DNA from: a virus | Lineage: Duplodnaviria; Heunggongvirae; Uroviricota; Caudoviricetes | DNA length: 35,062 nucleotides | Direction: 5' to 3' (one strand) | Virus record (IMG/VR): IMGVR_UViG_2548876964_000015 | Span: 1 to 35,062 of that record | Shown here: piece by piece, positions 1 through 7,836 of the stretch | Numbering within the stretch: the first letter of the stretch is position 1 | Layout of the letters: each line of letters starts with the position of its first letter | Program-made: the position numbers and the translations under genes | Notes under the pieces: model-generated | What the model was told of the DNA's origin: nothing | Databases searched by the model: none | Seen by the model: only the letters and a program-made list of their open reading frames with translations

Positions 1-5
1 CAAGT

Positions 6-80
6 GATGGTGTAGCTCAGCGGTAGAGCAGTTGGCTGTTAACCAACTGGTCGGTAGTTCGAATCCACCCACCATCGCCA
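6..80 (+). tRNA. tRNA-Asn (anticodon GTT)
   Basis: Cloverleaf read by eye: acceptor 6-12 GATGGTG pairs with 70-76 CACCATC; D-stem GCTC/GAGC; anticodon stem GTTGG/CCAAC with loop CTGTTAA (GTT at 38-40); T-loop TTCGAAT; CCA encoded at 78-80. One A-C mismatch in the T-stem. Confidence 0.75.
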
Positions 81-85
81 CTTTA

Positions 86-172
86 GGGGAGTTAGTCCGT
101 AGGGGTAGCGGGGTAGACTGTAAATCTACTGTCATTGCGACTCGGGTGGTTCGACTCCATCACTCCCCACCA
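86..172 (+). tRNA. Type-II (long variable arm) tRNA-like gene, anticodon GTA (Tyr-like); D-arm irregular
   Basis: Acceptor 86-92 GGGGAGT pairs with 162-168 ACTCCCC; perfect anticodon stem GTAGA/TCTAC with loop CTGTAAA (GTA at 120-122); 15-nt variable arm; T-loop TTCGACT; CCA at 170-172. The D-arm does not fold canonically, so it may be a pseudo-tRNA. Confidence 0.5.
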
Positions 173-176
173 CATT

Positions 177-252
177 GCCGATTTAGCTCAGTTGGTAGAG
201 CAGTCGCTTTGTAAGCGAATGGTCAGCGGTTCGATCCCGTTAATCGGCACCA
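177..252 (+). tRNA. tRNA-Thr (anticodon TGT)
   Basis: Acceptor 177-183 GCCGATT pairs with 242-248 AATCGGC; D-stem GCTC/GAGC; anticodon loop TTTGTAA (TGT at 210-212); T-loop GTTCGATCC region; CCA at 250-252. Confidence 0.8.
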
Positions 253-257
253 ACATA

Positions 258-330
258 ACAGGTAAGAGCATTCTCCCTTATGGGGCCTGGCTTAAATGCA
301 TCGAGTGCTCTTACCGTTGTGATGAAGTGC
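258..330. repeat. Hairpin unit copy 1 (10-bp stem GGTAAGAGCA / TGCTCTTACC, 261-270 with 306-315)
   Basis: Shares the 20-nt block ACAGGTAAGAGCATTCTCC and the tail CCGTTGTGATGAAGTGC with the copy at 899-990. Confidence 0.45.
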
Positions 331-599
331 AGATCTTAGAAGCAACCAGAAGATAAGCATCTGGCTTCACAACATAAACCGCAGGAACGACCAATAAACG
401 GTAGTCCGTATGGAGAACACCCCGTTGAGGAAGAGGCCTGGCCGGAACCGTAACCGGCGACTGGTAATGTGTGTAAATGGAGCGAAATATGTGGGCGTTT
501 AACGGGATACGGGTTGTAACAGCGATTATTAACGGCGAACTTAAGTATTCACGTTTCGAGACAAATGAACGTGATGGGAAATGTATTGGTGTGCGGTTA

Positions 600-725
600 G
601 TAAGAGAATACGCATAACAACTACAACGTTGAGAACACTGGCGTAACGGGGTCATATCCCAATCTACGAATAAATGTTGCGTTGCCGCGTGACAACCAGT
701 GTTCTCAACATTGTGGTGAATGCAC
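600..725. repeat. Hairpin unit copy 2 (14-bp perfect stem GTTGAGAACACTGG / CCAGTGTTCTCAAC, 628-641 with 686-699)
   Basis: Loop carries GTAACGGGGTCATATCCCAATCTAC, also present at 922-946; tail CATTGTGGTGAATGCAC resembles the tails of copies 1 and 3. Confidence 0.45.
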
Positions 726-898
726 AGGCTGATGTGCCGCAACTACAGTAGTGCGCGCTTTGCGGGGCTTGCTACAACCCTGTGTCGGAGTTCAGCACCG
801 ACCATCACAGTTTGATTCTCTGGCATGAGCATAACGCTGAAATAAGTCCAGTCTGGTGCGGTCTGATCACCCGCCGTTAGCTCCACGAAACGGAGCAC

Positions 899-990
899 GT
901 AACAGGTAAGAGCATTCTCCTGTAACGGGTTCATATCCCAATCTACAGGTCCACCAAGAATGCTCTTTCCGTTGCGGTGAATGCGGCTAA
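899..990. repeat. Hairpin unit copy 3 (11-bp stem AAGAGCATTCT / AGAATGCTCTT, 908-918 with 957-967)
   Basis: Same 5-prime block as copy 1 and same loop block as copy 2; tail CCGTTGCGGTGAATGCGG. Confidence 0.45.
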
Positions 991-1125
991 GCGCACGCGG
1001 GGAAATGGTTATATCTGTCCATTATTTCTCCTTGTTTCCACGTCCACGGTGGATAACCAGCCAAAGGACACCGGGAGGAACCCGGCACCGCAGCTTTTTT
1101 ATTCGTTAAATAATGGAGTGAGAGG

Positions 1126-1344
1126 ATGCAGAACAATCCGAACAAATGTCGAACGCTATGGGTGCGGTTATATATTTATGCCGTCCTCTGTTTGATTGTG
1201 TCACTGGTTCTGTATGTTTGGCTTTTGCCAAATATGATCTCATCTAACAGCACAATACTTGTATTGTTGGGAGTCCTTCTCGCGCTCATTTACCCGGCTT
1301 TCGCAGTAGTCTTTTTTCGTGAAAAAAACCAGGAAATTAATTAA
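1126..1344 (+). CDS. Small hydrophobic membrane protein (72 aa, two predicted helices)
   Basis: ATG preceded by GAGAGG; strongly hydrophobic sequence; stop overlaps the next start (TAATG), implying translational coupling. Confidence 0.55.
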   Translation: MQNNPNKCRTLWVRLYIYAVLCLIVSLVLYVWLLPNMISSNSTILVLLGVLLALIYPAFAVVFFREKNQEIN

Positions 1345-2171
1345 TGAAAAAAACGTTGATTAGTGCAGCGATTATTTTGGGTTCTTTATGTCTGACCGGA
1401 TGCGATCGGGTAGAGCCAGGTAACGTAGGGATCAAAGTAAATAAGCTGGGGGATGATAAAGGTATCGGTGAAGTAGTTGGCGTTGGTCGCTACTGGACAG
1501 GCTTGAATACTGAAGTTTATATCTTCCCGACCTTTAAGCAAATGAAGACATACGATGAGCCGTTCAGCTTCCAGATGAGCGACGGAACAACCATTGGTTA
1601 CCACATCGGCGTAGCCTACAAGGTTGATCCAGCAAAAGTCACAACGGTATTTCAGACCTATCGCAAAGGTGTAGATGATATTACTGATACCGATCTACGC
1701 CAGAAGGTTGCAGATGCTCTGAACCGATTAGCCAGCAAAATGACCACCGACAAATTTATCGACGGTGGCAAATCTGAATTGCTTGATGCAGCCCTTAAAG
1801 ACATTCAGGAAGAAATGACGCCAATCGGCATTCAGGTGATGAGCCTCTCTTATGTAGGTAAGCCAGAATACCCGCCAACAGTTATTGACAGTATTAACGC
1901 CAAAGTCACGGCAAACCAAAAAACCCTGCAACGCGAGCAAGAGGTCAAACAACGTGAAGCAGAGGCCAACATGCTGCGCGCGGAAGCTGCCGGACAGGCT
2001 GATGCTATTCGCACAAAAGCCCAGGCCGAAGCTGATGCCATTCGTTTACGTGGTGAAGCTCTGCGCCAGAACCCCGGTGTTATGGACTTGGAAGCGATCA
2101 ACAAATGGAACGGTACATTACCGCAGTATATGACCAGTAATACCGCTGTTCCGTTTGTTCCGGTGAAATAA
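1344..2171 (+). CDS. SPFH/band-7 (stomatin-prohibitin-like) lipoprotein
   Basis: N-terminal signal peptide with lipobox LTGC; band-7-like core; C-terminal Ala/Glu/Gln-rich coiled coil. Domain call by eye only. Confidence 0.7.
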   Translation: MKKTLISAAIILGSLCLTGCDRVEPGNVGIKVNKLGDDKGIGEVVGVGRYWTGLNTEVYIFPTFKQMKTYDEPFSFQMSDGTTIGYHIGVAYKVDPAKVTTVFQTYRKGVDDITDTDLRQKVADALNRLASKMTTDKFIDGGKSELLDAALKDIQEEMTPIGIQVMSLSYVGKPEYPPTVIDSINAKVTANQKTLQREQEVKQREAEANMLRAEAAGQADAIRTKAQAEADAIRLRGEALRQNPGVMDLEAINKWNGTLPQYMTSNTAVPFVPVK

Positions 2172-2198
2172 AAGCGTAAGCAAAATTGGCAGTAATCC

Positions 2199-2274
2199 GG
2201 CCCTTTAGCTCAGTGGTTAGAGCTGGCGACTTATAATCGCACGGTCACCGGTTCAAGTCCGGTAGGGGCCACCA
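2199..2274 (+). tRNA. tRNA-Ile-like (anticodon TAT)
   Basis: Acceptor 2199-2205 GGCCCTT pairs with 2264-2270 AGGGGCC (one G-T); D-stem GCTC/GAGC; anticodon loop CTTATAA (TAT at 2232-2234); perfect T-stem ACCGG/CCGGT; CCA at 2272-2274. Confidence 0.75.
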
Positions 2275-2548
2275 TATTTGGTTGTAACACGGCGTCTGGC
2301 ACATGCGTCGTTAGCGGTCTGGTGACGTTAAAGGGGTAACCTTTCCCCTAGCTCAGGCAACAAACCAGGTAGCCGGAATGTGCAAGCCCCGTTCATAGCG
2401 TCGGACTGCGGATTCACCATCCTGGCGATTCGGTGTGACAGCCGGGAAGAGTCCGGCGCATTAATCCTGATTTTCTGGTGATGACTCATATCGTTAGGAG
2501 TGATTTGAGTATGCCGATTATATCTGACATTCAGCACGCCTGGGTGGA

Positions 2549-3924
2549 GTGCTAATGTCTGCATCCCCTCTTGAATCCATGCCAAATTCCCTTAGTGCAG
2601 AACAAGCTGTACTTGGTGGCTTAATGCTTGATAACTGCCGCTGGGATGAAGTTGCAGATCGTATAGTTGCTGATGATTTTTATACCAGTGCTCATCGTGA
2701 AATTTTCAGTGAGATGGAGAGGTTATTAAGTCATGGCAAACCGATTGATTTGATAACACTTGCTGAAGCACTTGAACAGAACGGTAAATTAGAACAGAAC
2801 GCGCCGGTGGTTTTGCGTACCTTGCGGAGATGTCAAAGAACACGCCCAGCGCGGCAAATATTTGTGCTTATGCGGATATCGTTCGTGAACGCGCGGTTGT
2901 TCGTGAAATGATTTCCGTCGCAAATGAAATAGCTGAAGCTGGATATGCGCAGGATGGCAGGGGCAGCAATGAATTGCTGGATATGGCCGAGCGCCGCGTT
3001 TTTGAAATAGCTGAAAAACGACAAAAGAGCGGTAGTGGTCCAAAAGATATCGCCAGCATTCTCGATGCAACGGTATCTCGCATAGAAGAGTTGTTTCAGC
3101 GACCGCATGATGGTGTAACGGGGCTTGATACCGGATTTACCGATCTCAATAAGAAGACGGCAGGACTTCAGGCGTCCGATCTCATTATTGTCGCCGCCCG
3201 CCCATCGATGGGGAAGACTACGTTTGCGATGAATCTCGTCGAAAATGCCGCAGTCCGTAACGATAAGCCCGTATTGGTTTTTAGCCTTGAGATGCCGAGC
3301 CACCAACTGATGATGCGCTCACTGGCTTCTCTTGCACGCGTTGATCAGACTCGTATTCGAACAGGGCAACTTAACGACGAGGATTGGGCGCGGGTTTCTG
3401 GCGCAATGGGGATTCTGTTGGACAAGCAGAATATTTTTATTGATGACTCAAGCGCCCTGACACCTACAGAGCTTCGTTCCCGCGCTCGTCGTGTTTATAA
3501 AGAAAATGGTGGTTTGAGCATGATTATGATCGACTACCTGCAACTTATGCGCGTCCCCGAGCTGCAAGATAACCGAACGCTGGAAATTGCCGAGATTTCT
3601 CGCTCACTGAAGGCTTTGGCGAAGGAATTACAAGTACCGGTGGTGGCATTGTCACAACTTAATCGATCGCTTGAACAGCGTGCGGACAAACGACCGGTAA
3701 ATTCAGATTTACGTGAATCAGGAGCAATTGAGCAGGACGCAGACCTGATCATGTTTCTGTATCGCGACGAAGTTTATCACCCGGATAGCGAAATGAAGGG
3801 CATTGCCGAGGTAATTATCGGAAAGCAACGAAATGGCCCAATTGGCACGGTGAGATTGGCTTTTAACGGCCAATACTCACGGTTTGATAACTATGCTGGT
3901 GCTGACTGGCAAGAGGATTATTAA
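2549..3924 (+). pseudogene. ban: DnaB-family replicative helicase (P1 ban-like) split by a frameshift near 2798-2810
   Basis: ORF 2549..2911 encodes the DnaB N-terminal domain (AEQAVLGGLMLDN...IDLITLAEALEQNGKLEQ); ORF 2830..3924 in the next frame encodes the rest (Walker A ARPSMGKTT, C-terminal motifs). The conserved GGFAYLAEMSKNTPSAAN is only in frame after a shift around GAACGCGCCGGTGG. Confidence 0.8.
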
Positions 3925-4922
3925 TGCAATGGAATGAGGAAAAGCCGATGAACATCCTGATCATTGGGAGAAAATTTGAAGCTATCAGTGATGTGAAAAC
4001 ATATACGGAAATGTGGGCTTACAACCTGGCCTGCGCCTTTAGTGAGGCAGGGGTAACATTGCAATACCATCGTCCATATTCCCCTGGCGTCGAAAGCCCG
4101 GAGGATTATGTTGAAGCTGTGTTGACTGCTGCGACCGCATGTTCTGCGAAGGCCATTTTGGCACCAGGATTGAGGTATTTTACTACGGTACCCAGGGAAA
4201 TAGGCATGCAACTGTGTCGCCGATTCTCTGGATGGGTAGCCCAGGTATATGACGGTTCTATGCTGGATTCGGCACCAGTCGATATTACTTTTACTGTCCG
4301 CGATGATACCTGGCGGTACCTGGATAATCCCGGCAGGTTAGAGCGTCATAATCGCTTTAACAAACATGTTGGATGGGCAGCGAATCAGGAACTGTTCCAT
4401 CTGGAAACCAAGACAGACGATGTTCTGCGTATTTTTGTAGACCACGCTGCATTTGATGTTAGTGGGTTTGATCACTCCTTAAGTATCCTTATGAACCTTC
4501 AGCGTCTGACCGTTCCGTATGAGGCCAGAACGTTGACCGATGACGGATTGGTTACCATTGATCCGGGGAATATTTCGGTAACTCCATACAGGCGGACGCC
4601 GGTGCCAGCAACCGAATTTGCAGCTGAATTGCGTAAGAGTGACGTTTTTATCGTTACGCATCCCGAAAGCCTTGGATTAACTGTACTTGAGGCGGCAATG
4701 TGCGGGGCGTTGGTATTAACGCCTCCCGATTGCCTTCCGCCAGATCGCCTGGCTTTGGTGAACCATATGGTTATCAAGTCGCGGATTGATTGGGATGAGG
4801 TTATTGCTCGCGTTGATCGCGTGAAAAATGCTGAAAAGGTCCAGTGTCACACCTGGTCGGCAATTGCGGAAAAGATGCTTGAGACGTTTATCACGCAGAA
4901 ACCGTCGCGCGGTAATGATTGA
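3924..4922 (+). CDS. Hypothetical protein with glycosyltransferase-like (GT-B) C-terminal motif
   Basis: ATG overlaps the ban stop (TAATG); motif THPESLGLTVLEAAMCGALVL resembles the E-x7-E region of GT1/GT4 enzymes. Function is inferred. Confidence 0.5.
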   Translation: MQWNEEKPMNILIIGRKFEAISDVKTYTEMWAYNLACAFSEAGVTLQYHRPYSPGVESPEDYVEAVLTAATACSAKAILAPGLRYFTTVPREIGMQLCRRFSGWVAQVYDGSMLDSAPVDITFTVRDDTWRYLDNPGRLERHNRFNKHVGWAANQELFHLETKTDDVLRIFVDHAAFDVSGFDHSLSILMNLQRLTVPYEARTLTDDGLVTIDPGNISVTPYRRTPVPATEFAAELRKSDVFIVTHPESLGLTVLEAAMCGALVLTPPDCLPPDRLALVNHMVIKSRIDWDEVIARVDRVKNAEKVQCHTWSAIAEKMLETFITQKPSRGND

Positions 4923-4968
4923 TTCTATTCATATGATTGCGATTGTATTGATTTTTACGATACCGCTT

Positions 4969-5001
4969 ATTGCTCTAATAAATTTGATTTATTAGAGCAA
5001 A
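4969..5001. promoter_or_regulatory. Palindromic pair of C1-operator-like sites
   Basis: 4969-4985 ATTGCTCTAATAAATTT is a 17/17 match to the P1 C1 operator consensus as I recall it; an inverted 14/17 copy overlaps at 4985-5001, giving TTGCTCTAATAAAT-TTGA-TTTATTAGAGCAA. Confidence 0.7.
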
Positions 5002-5086
5002 TAAACTACCATCGAACGCCAGACTATTGATCTTCCTGTTGTTCAGGCTTATAGTTCCTACGTCGTAGTAAATTCTGCGACCGGGT

Positions 5087-5107
5087 TTGACAGCCTGAAT
5101 GTACATG
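5087..5107 (+). promoter_or_regulatory. Candidate antisense target pair a1/b1 (TTGACAG 5087-5093, GTACATG 5101-5107)
   Basis: Exact reverse complements of the two 7-mers inside the c4-like RNA (CTGTCAA 5225-5231, CATGTAC 5212-5218). Confidence 0.5.
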
Positions 5108-5113
5108 CGGACA

Positions 5114-5146
5114 ACCGCAGATATCCGATATTGCGGTATTTTTGTG
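5114..5146 (+). terminator. Hairpin followed by T-tract (terminator- or attenuator-like)
   Basis: ACCGCAGATAT-CCG-ATATTGCGGT stem with one bulge, then ATTTTTGTG. Confidence 0.35.
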
Positions 5147-5174
5147 TCCGTAAACCACGTTACGCCCGAATTAT

Positions 5175-5251
5175 GGTGGGGCGTGATGGGGAGGCTTCGG
5201 CCTGCTGGTTTCATGTACGCCAGTCTGTCAACCCCGTCACGTCCTGCCACC
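5175..5251 (+). ncRNA. c4: c4-like antisense repressor RNA candidate (77 nt)
   Basis: 5-prime GGTGGGGCGTGATGGGG can pair over about 17 bp (with G-U pairs) with 3-prime CCCCGTCACGTCCTGCC, leaving a 3-prime ACC tail; internal region exposes CATGTAC and CTGTCAA, complementary to repeats upstream (5087-5107) and downstream (5255-5290, the latter overlapping the icd ribosome-binding site). Confidence 0.55.
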
Positions 5252-5254
5252 TGT

Positions 5255-5290
5255 TTGACAGCGGGTAGCAGGTTGTTAAACCTGTACATG
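5255..5290 (+). promoter_or_regulatory. Candidate antisense target pair a2/b2 (TTGACAG 5255-5261, GTACATG 5284-5290)
   Basis: b2 lies immediately 5-prime of the GAGG Shine-Dalgarno of the 73-aa ORF starting at 5302. Confidence 0.5.
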
Positions 5291-5301
5291 AGGCCGTAAC
5301 T

Positions 5302-5523
5302 ATGGTTAATGCCAATCCTTGCGCACGCCCTGAATTTATCTGGCGCTTTTACTCCTGCCAGAAACGTCACTATCACTTCGTTATTGCACCGACAGAAGAT
5401 GAGGCTCGCTCTCAGCTTCCGGATGCACCCTGTATTTTCTCTGCCCGCTTTTCCACTTATTCACGCAATTCTCTCAGTTACTGGTGCCTCCCTGTTAACG
5501 CTTCTGCTCAGGAGGGACTATGA
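5302..5523 (+). CDS. icd: Small protein (73 aa) translationally coupled to the antirepressor; icd-like by position
   Basis: GAGG about 10 nt upstream of ATG; stop overlaps the ant ATG (ATGA). Position between c4-like RNA and ant matches the P1 immI layout as I recall it. Confidence 0.5.
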   Translation: MVNANPCARPEFIWRFYSCQKRHYHFVIAPTEDEARSQLPDAPCIFSARFSTYSRNSLSYWCLPVNASAQEGL

Positions 5524-6632
5524 GAACATCGTTAGTTACCCGTGAAGAGATGATCGAGGCAATTGAACAGCACACTGCCTGTATCAGTACCAGGGATATA
5601 CCTGGCGTTATTGCCAACTACTTCATGATCACCAAACAACTTTACCGGAGAAAGGACAAGAACGCGGTTCACCGTATCCTGTTGTCTGATATCCGCGAAT
5701 ACCTGCTCGAACAGGGTCATCTGAATTACGCAACCGTCGCAGCCGAAGCACGCAAGGAGGCACACAGAATGAAAGCAAATAACGTTAAATTAGAAAAAAT
5801 TCATGCACCTTCAGTTCAGGAATCGGAGCTGGTGGTTGTTCAGAATCAGTCTGATGAAATTCCCGTTCTGGAATGGCAGGGAGTACGTGTCGTGACAACC
5901 GAAACTCTTGCTAGAGGGTATGGGGTCGATGAAGCCAATATTCGCAACAATTTGTCTCGCAACCTTGACCGCTTTGAAGAAGGTAAGCATTACTTTCTTC
6001 TAACTGCTTTAAAATTAAGAGAATTTAAGAACAGAGTAACCGGAAGTTACTCTGTTGGTAAGAACGCCAGAAGCCTTACACTCTGGACAGAGCGCGGCGC
6101 TGCACGCATGTCTAAGATCGTGGACACAAATGAAGCATGGGCATTCTTTGAAAAACTGGAAGACAGCTACTTCCGGCAAAAAGAACAGCAACCGGTTGCA
6201 ATCCCCCAGACGCTTCCAGAAGCTCTGCGCCTGGCTGCCGAACTGGCTGAACAAAAGCAACTTCTGGAACAGAAAGCCCACCAGCTAAATCAGCAGCTGG
6301 TGGCCGCCGCTCCTAAGGTCGATTTTGCCGACCGGGTATCAGTAGCTAAAGGGATCCTGATTGGGAATTTTGCAAAGGTTGTTGGACTTAAGCAAAACGC
6401 GCTGTTTGCCTGGTTACGGGAGAACGGCATCCTGATAGCGTCCGGCGGACGTAAAAATGTGCCGTTTCAGCAGTACATAAACGCCGGATATTTCACGGTG
6501 AAAGAAGTGGTGCTGGATGATGAAGATGGCTACCAGATACGGTTGACGCCTCAATTAACGGGTAAAGGCCAGCAGTGGTTGACGCGTAAACTGCTCGATG
6601 CTGGCTTGTTAAAACCGGTGGCGGCTGAATAA
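5520..6632 (+). CDS. ant: Antirepressor (ORF6N/Bro-N-like middle domain plus KilA-C/Ant C-terminal domain)
   Basis: Strong SD GGAGGG; 370 aa; middle segment VLEWQGVRVVTTETLARGYGVD...FEEGKHYF and C-terminal DFADRVSVAKGILIGNFAKVVGLKQNALFAWLRENGIL are typical of phage antirepressors. Confidence 0.75.
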   Translation: MRTSLVTREEMIEAIEQHTACISTRDIPGVIANYFMITKQLYRRKDKNAVHRILLSDIREYLLEQGHLNYATVAAEARKEAHRMKANNVKLEKIHAPSVQESELVVVQNQSDEIPVLEWQGVRVVTTETLARGYGVDEANIRNNLSRNLDRFEEGKHYFLLTALKLREFKNRVTGSYSVGKNARSLTLWTERGAARMSKIVDTNEAWAFFEKLEDSYFRQKEQQPVAIPQTLPEALRLAAELAEQKQLLEQKAHQLNQQLVAAAPKVDFADRVSVAKGILIGNFAKVVGLKQNALFAWLRENGILIASGGRKNVPFQQYINAGYFTVKEVVLDDEDGYQIRLTPQLTGKGQQWLTRKLLDAGLLKPVAAE

Positions 6633-6639
6633 TGGAAGA

Positions 6640-6664
6640 ATGCCCGGTTGATGCCGGGCATAAT
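6640..6664. terminator. Bidirectional hairpin terminator between convergent ant and c1
   Basis: ATGCCCGG-TTGATG-CCGGGCAT followed by AATTTATT. Confidence 0.5.
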
Positions 6665-7516
6665 TTATTGCGCGCTTTCGGGGTTGTCGTTTACTGGCTG
6701 CCCCTTCTTGGTTTTACGGCTGCGCGCAACTGATGCGGCTGACTTAACCTTTTTCTCTTCGCGAGTGATGGCAATTTGTTTTTTTACATTTTCAATATCT
6801 GCCAGGCGATATATTTTTGCCTGCGGCCAGCGGTCGCAGATGATCGGTTCTATAGAGTCATAAAGGCTAAATTTTGCTTTCTCGAATTCACCGTTGATGA
6901 TGATTCCATCACGGAGAGTTTCATCGCAGATAAACACACCACACAGCGGCACATGGTAACTAACTGATTTACCATCATTGTAGTTAGGGCTACTGGAAAT
7001 GTAATGGACGCGCAGCATTGTTTCGCTAAAGCCGTGTACACGCATACGGAATTTTTCATCCTCCGGGTACTGCTTCATTAGCTCTTTTGTTGCTTCCAGG
7101 TTCTCTATGTATTTCGCACTGTGCTCATTGATCCCCGCGCTTTTCTGGATGCGAATGTCCTTATCAATCAGATGAATAATGCGGCCAGCGGTCATGTTGA
7201 CGCTGTTCACAGCTTCTGTCTGATAAGTTGTAACCTTACGCACACCGCGAAGGATGTTAGGCACTGGATATAAAATAGTCTTTGGGATATTGAGGTCTGG
7301 GTACTGTTCCAGTTCCCGCGCCATTAAAGTCCATTTATCAATTTCAGCCTGAATGCTGTCCGTTTCTTTGAACGGCAGAACGACAACCGGGCGTACAGGA
7401 CGACCGTCGCTGGCGGCATCAACGTGTTGGGCGCGTGCAACAGCTTTTTTTAGAAAGAGATCCCTGAAGCTGACGAACTCCTGGTACAGTTGTTCGCCGT
7501 AGACATAATTTATCAT
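6665..7516 (-). CDS. c1: C1 repressor of lysis (immC)
   Basis: 283-aa protein beginning MINYVYGEQLYQEFVSFRDLFLKK, matching my memory of P1 C1 over its length; strong SD GGAGGAGGA upstream. Confidence 0.9.
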   Translation of the reverse strand: MINYVYGEQLYQEFVSFRDLFLKKAVARAQHVDAASDGRPVRPVVVLPFKETDSIQAEIDKWTLMARELEQYPDLNIPKTILYPVPNILRGVRKVTTYQTEAVNSVNMTAGRIIHLIDKDIRIQKSAGINEHSAKYIENLEATKELMKQYPEDEKFRMRVHGFSETMLRVHYISSSPNYNDGKSVSYHVPLCGVFICDETLRDGIIINGEFEKAKFSLYDSIEPIICDRWPQAKIYRLADIENVKKQIAITREEKKVKSAASVARSRKTKKGQPVNDNPESAQ

Positions 7517-7539
7517 TGATCCTCCTCCAGAATTGACAT

Positions 7540-7580
7540 GGCCAACAACTCACAGCGGATTACACTGGGAGTTGTTGGCC
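7540..7580. promoter_or_regulatory. 12-bp perfect hairpin between coi and c1
   Basis: GGCCAACAACTC (7540-7551) pairs with GAGTTGTTGGCC (7569-7580), 17-nt loop. Confidence 0.4.
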
Positions 7581-7626
7581 ACCATTATAGAAGGATCCAA
7601 CGAAAATAATAGATTTATTAGTGCAT

Positions 7627-7836
7627 TTATTGTGAGTCTGGCTGGTTAGTGGCCATGAGATATTCGATTGTGTCAGTGAGATCATCCAGGTCGTCTTGGG
7701 TGATGCGGTACTCCTGATTGGATATCTTTGAGTAGTGTTCAGCAATGGCGCGGGCAGCGTCGGTTTCGGCAGGGTCTACAGATAAAGCGTTAGAGCAATG
7801 TCTAACGTCGTCGATGGTTGGTTGAATGAAAGCCAT
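7627..7836 (-). CDS. coi: Coi, C1 inactivator
   Basis: 69-aa acidic ORF immediately upstream of c1 on the same strand, as in P1 immC. Confidence 0.75.
   Translation of the reverse strand: MAFIQPTIDDVRHCSNALSVDPAETDAARAIAEHYSKISNQEYRITQDDLDDLTDTIEYLMATNQPDSQ

Noticed and set aside
311-934. Minus-strand ORFs of 143 and 63 aa (311..742, 743..934) and plus-strand ORF 135..356 overlapping the tRNAs and hairpin block
   Set aside because: No ribosome-binding sites, they overlap tRNA genes and perfect hairpins, and their products are low-complexity; treated as non-coding.
253-1000. Possibility that the hairpin repeats form a CRISPR array
   Set aside because: Repeat units are imperfect, unevenly spaced (about 340 and 300 bp apart) and internally palindromic over long stems, unlike CRISPR direct repeats with short uniform spacers; no cas genes are present.
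2788-2832. Programmed ribosomal frameshift in ban
   Set aside because: No slippery heptamer or downstream structure at the shift position, and DnaB-family helicases are not known to use frameshifting; a mutation or sequencing error is more likely.
4975-5376. Minus-strand 133-aa ORF spanning the C1 operator palindrome and c4-like RNA region
   Set aside because: Its 3-prime end is encoded by the operator palindrome and it runs antisense to the antisense-RNA module; more likely a chance ORF.
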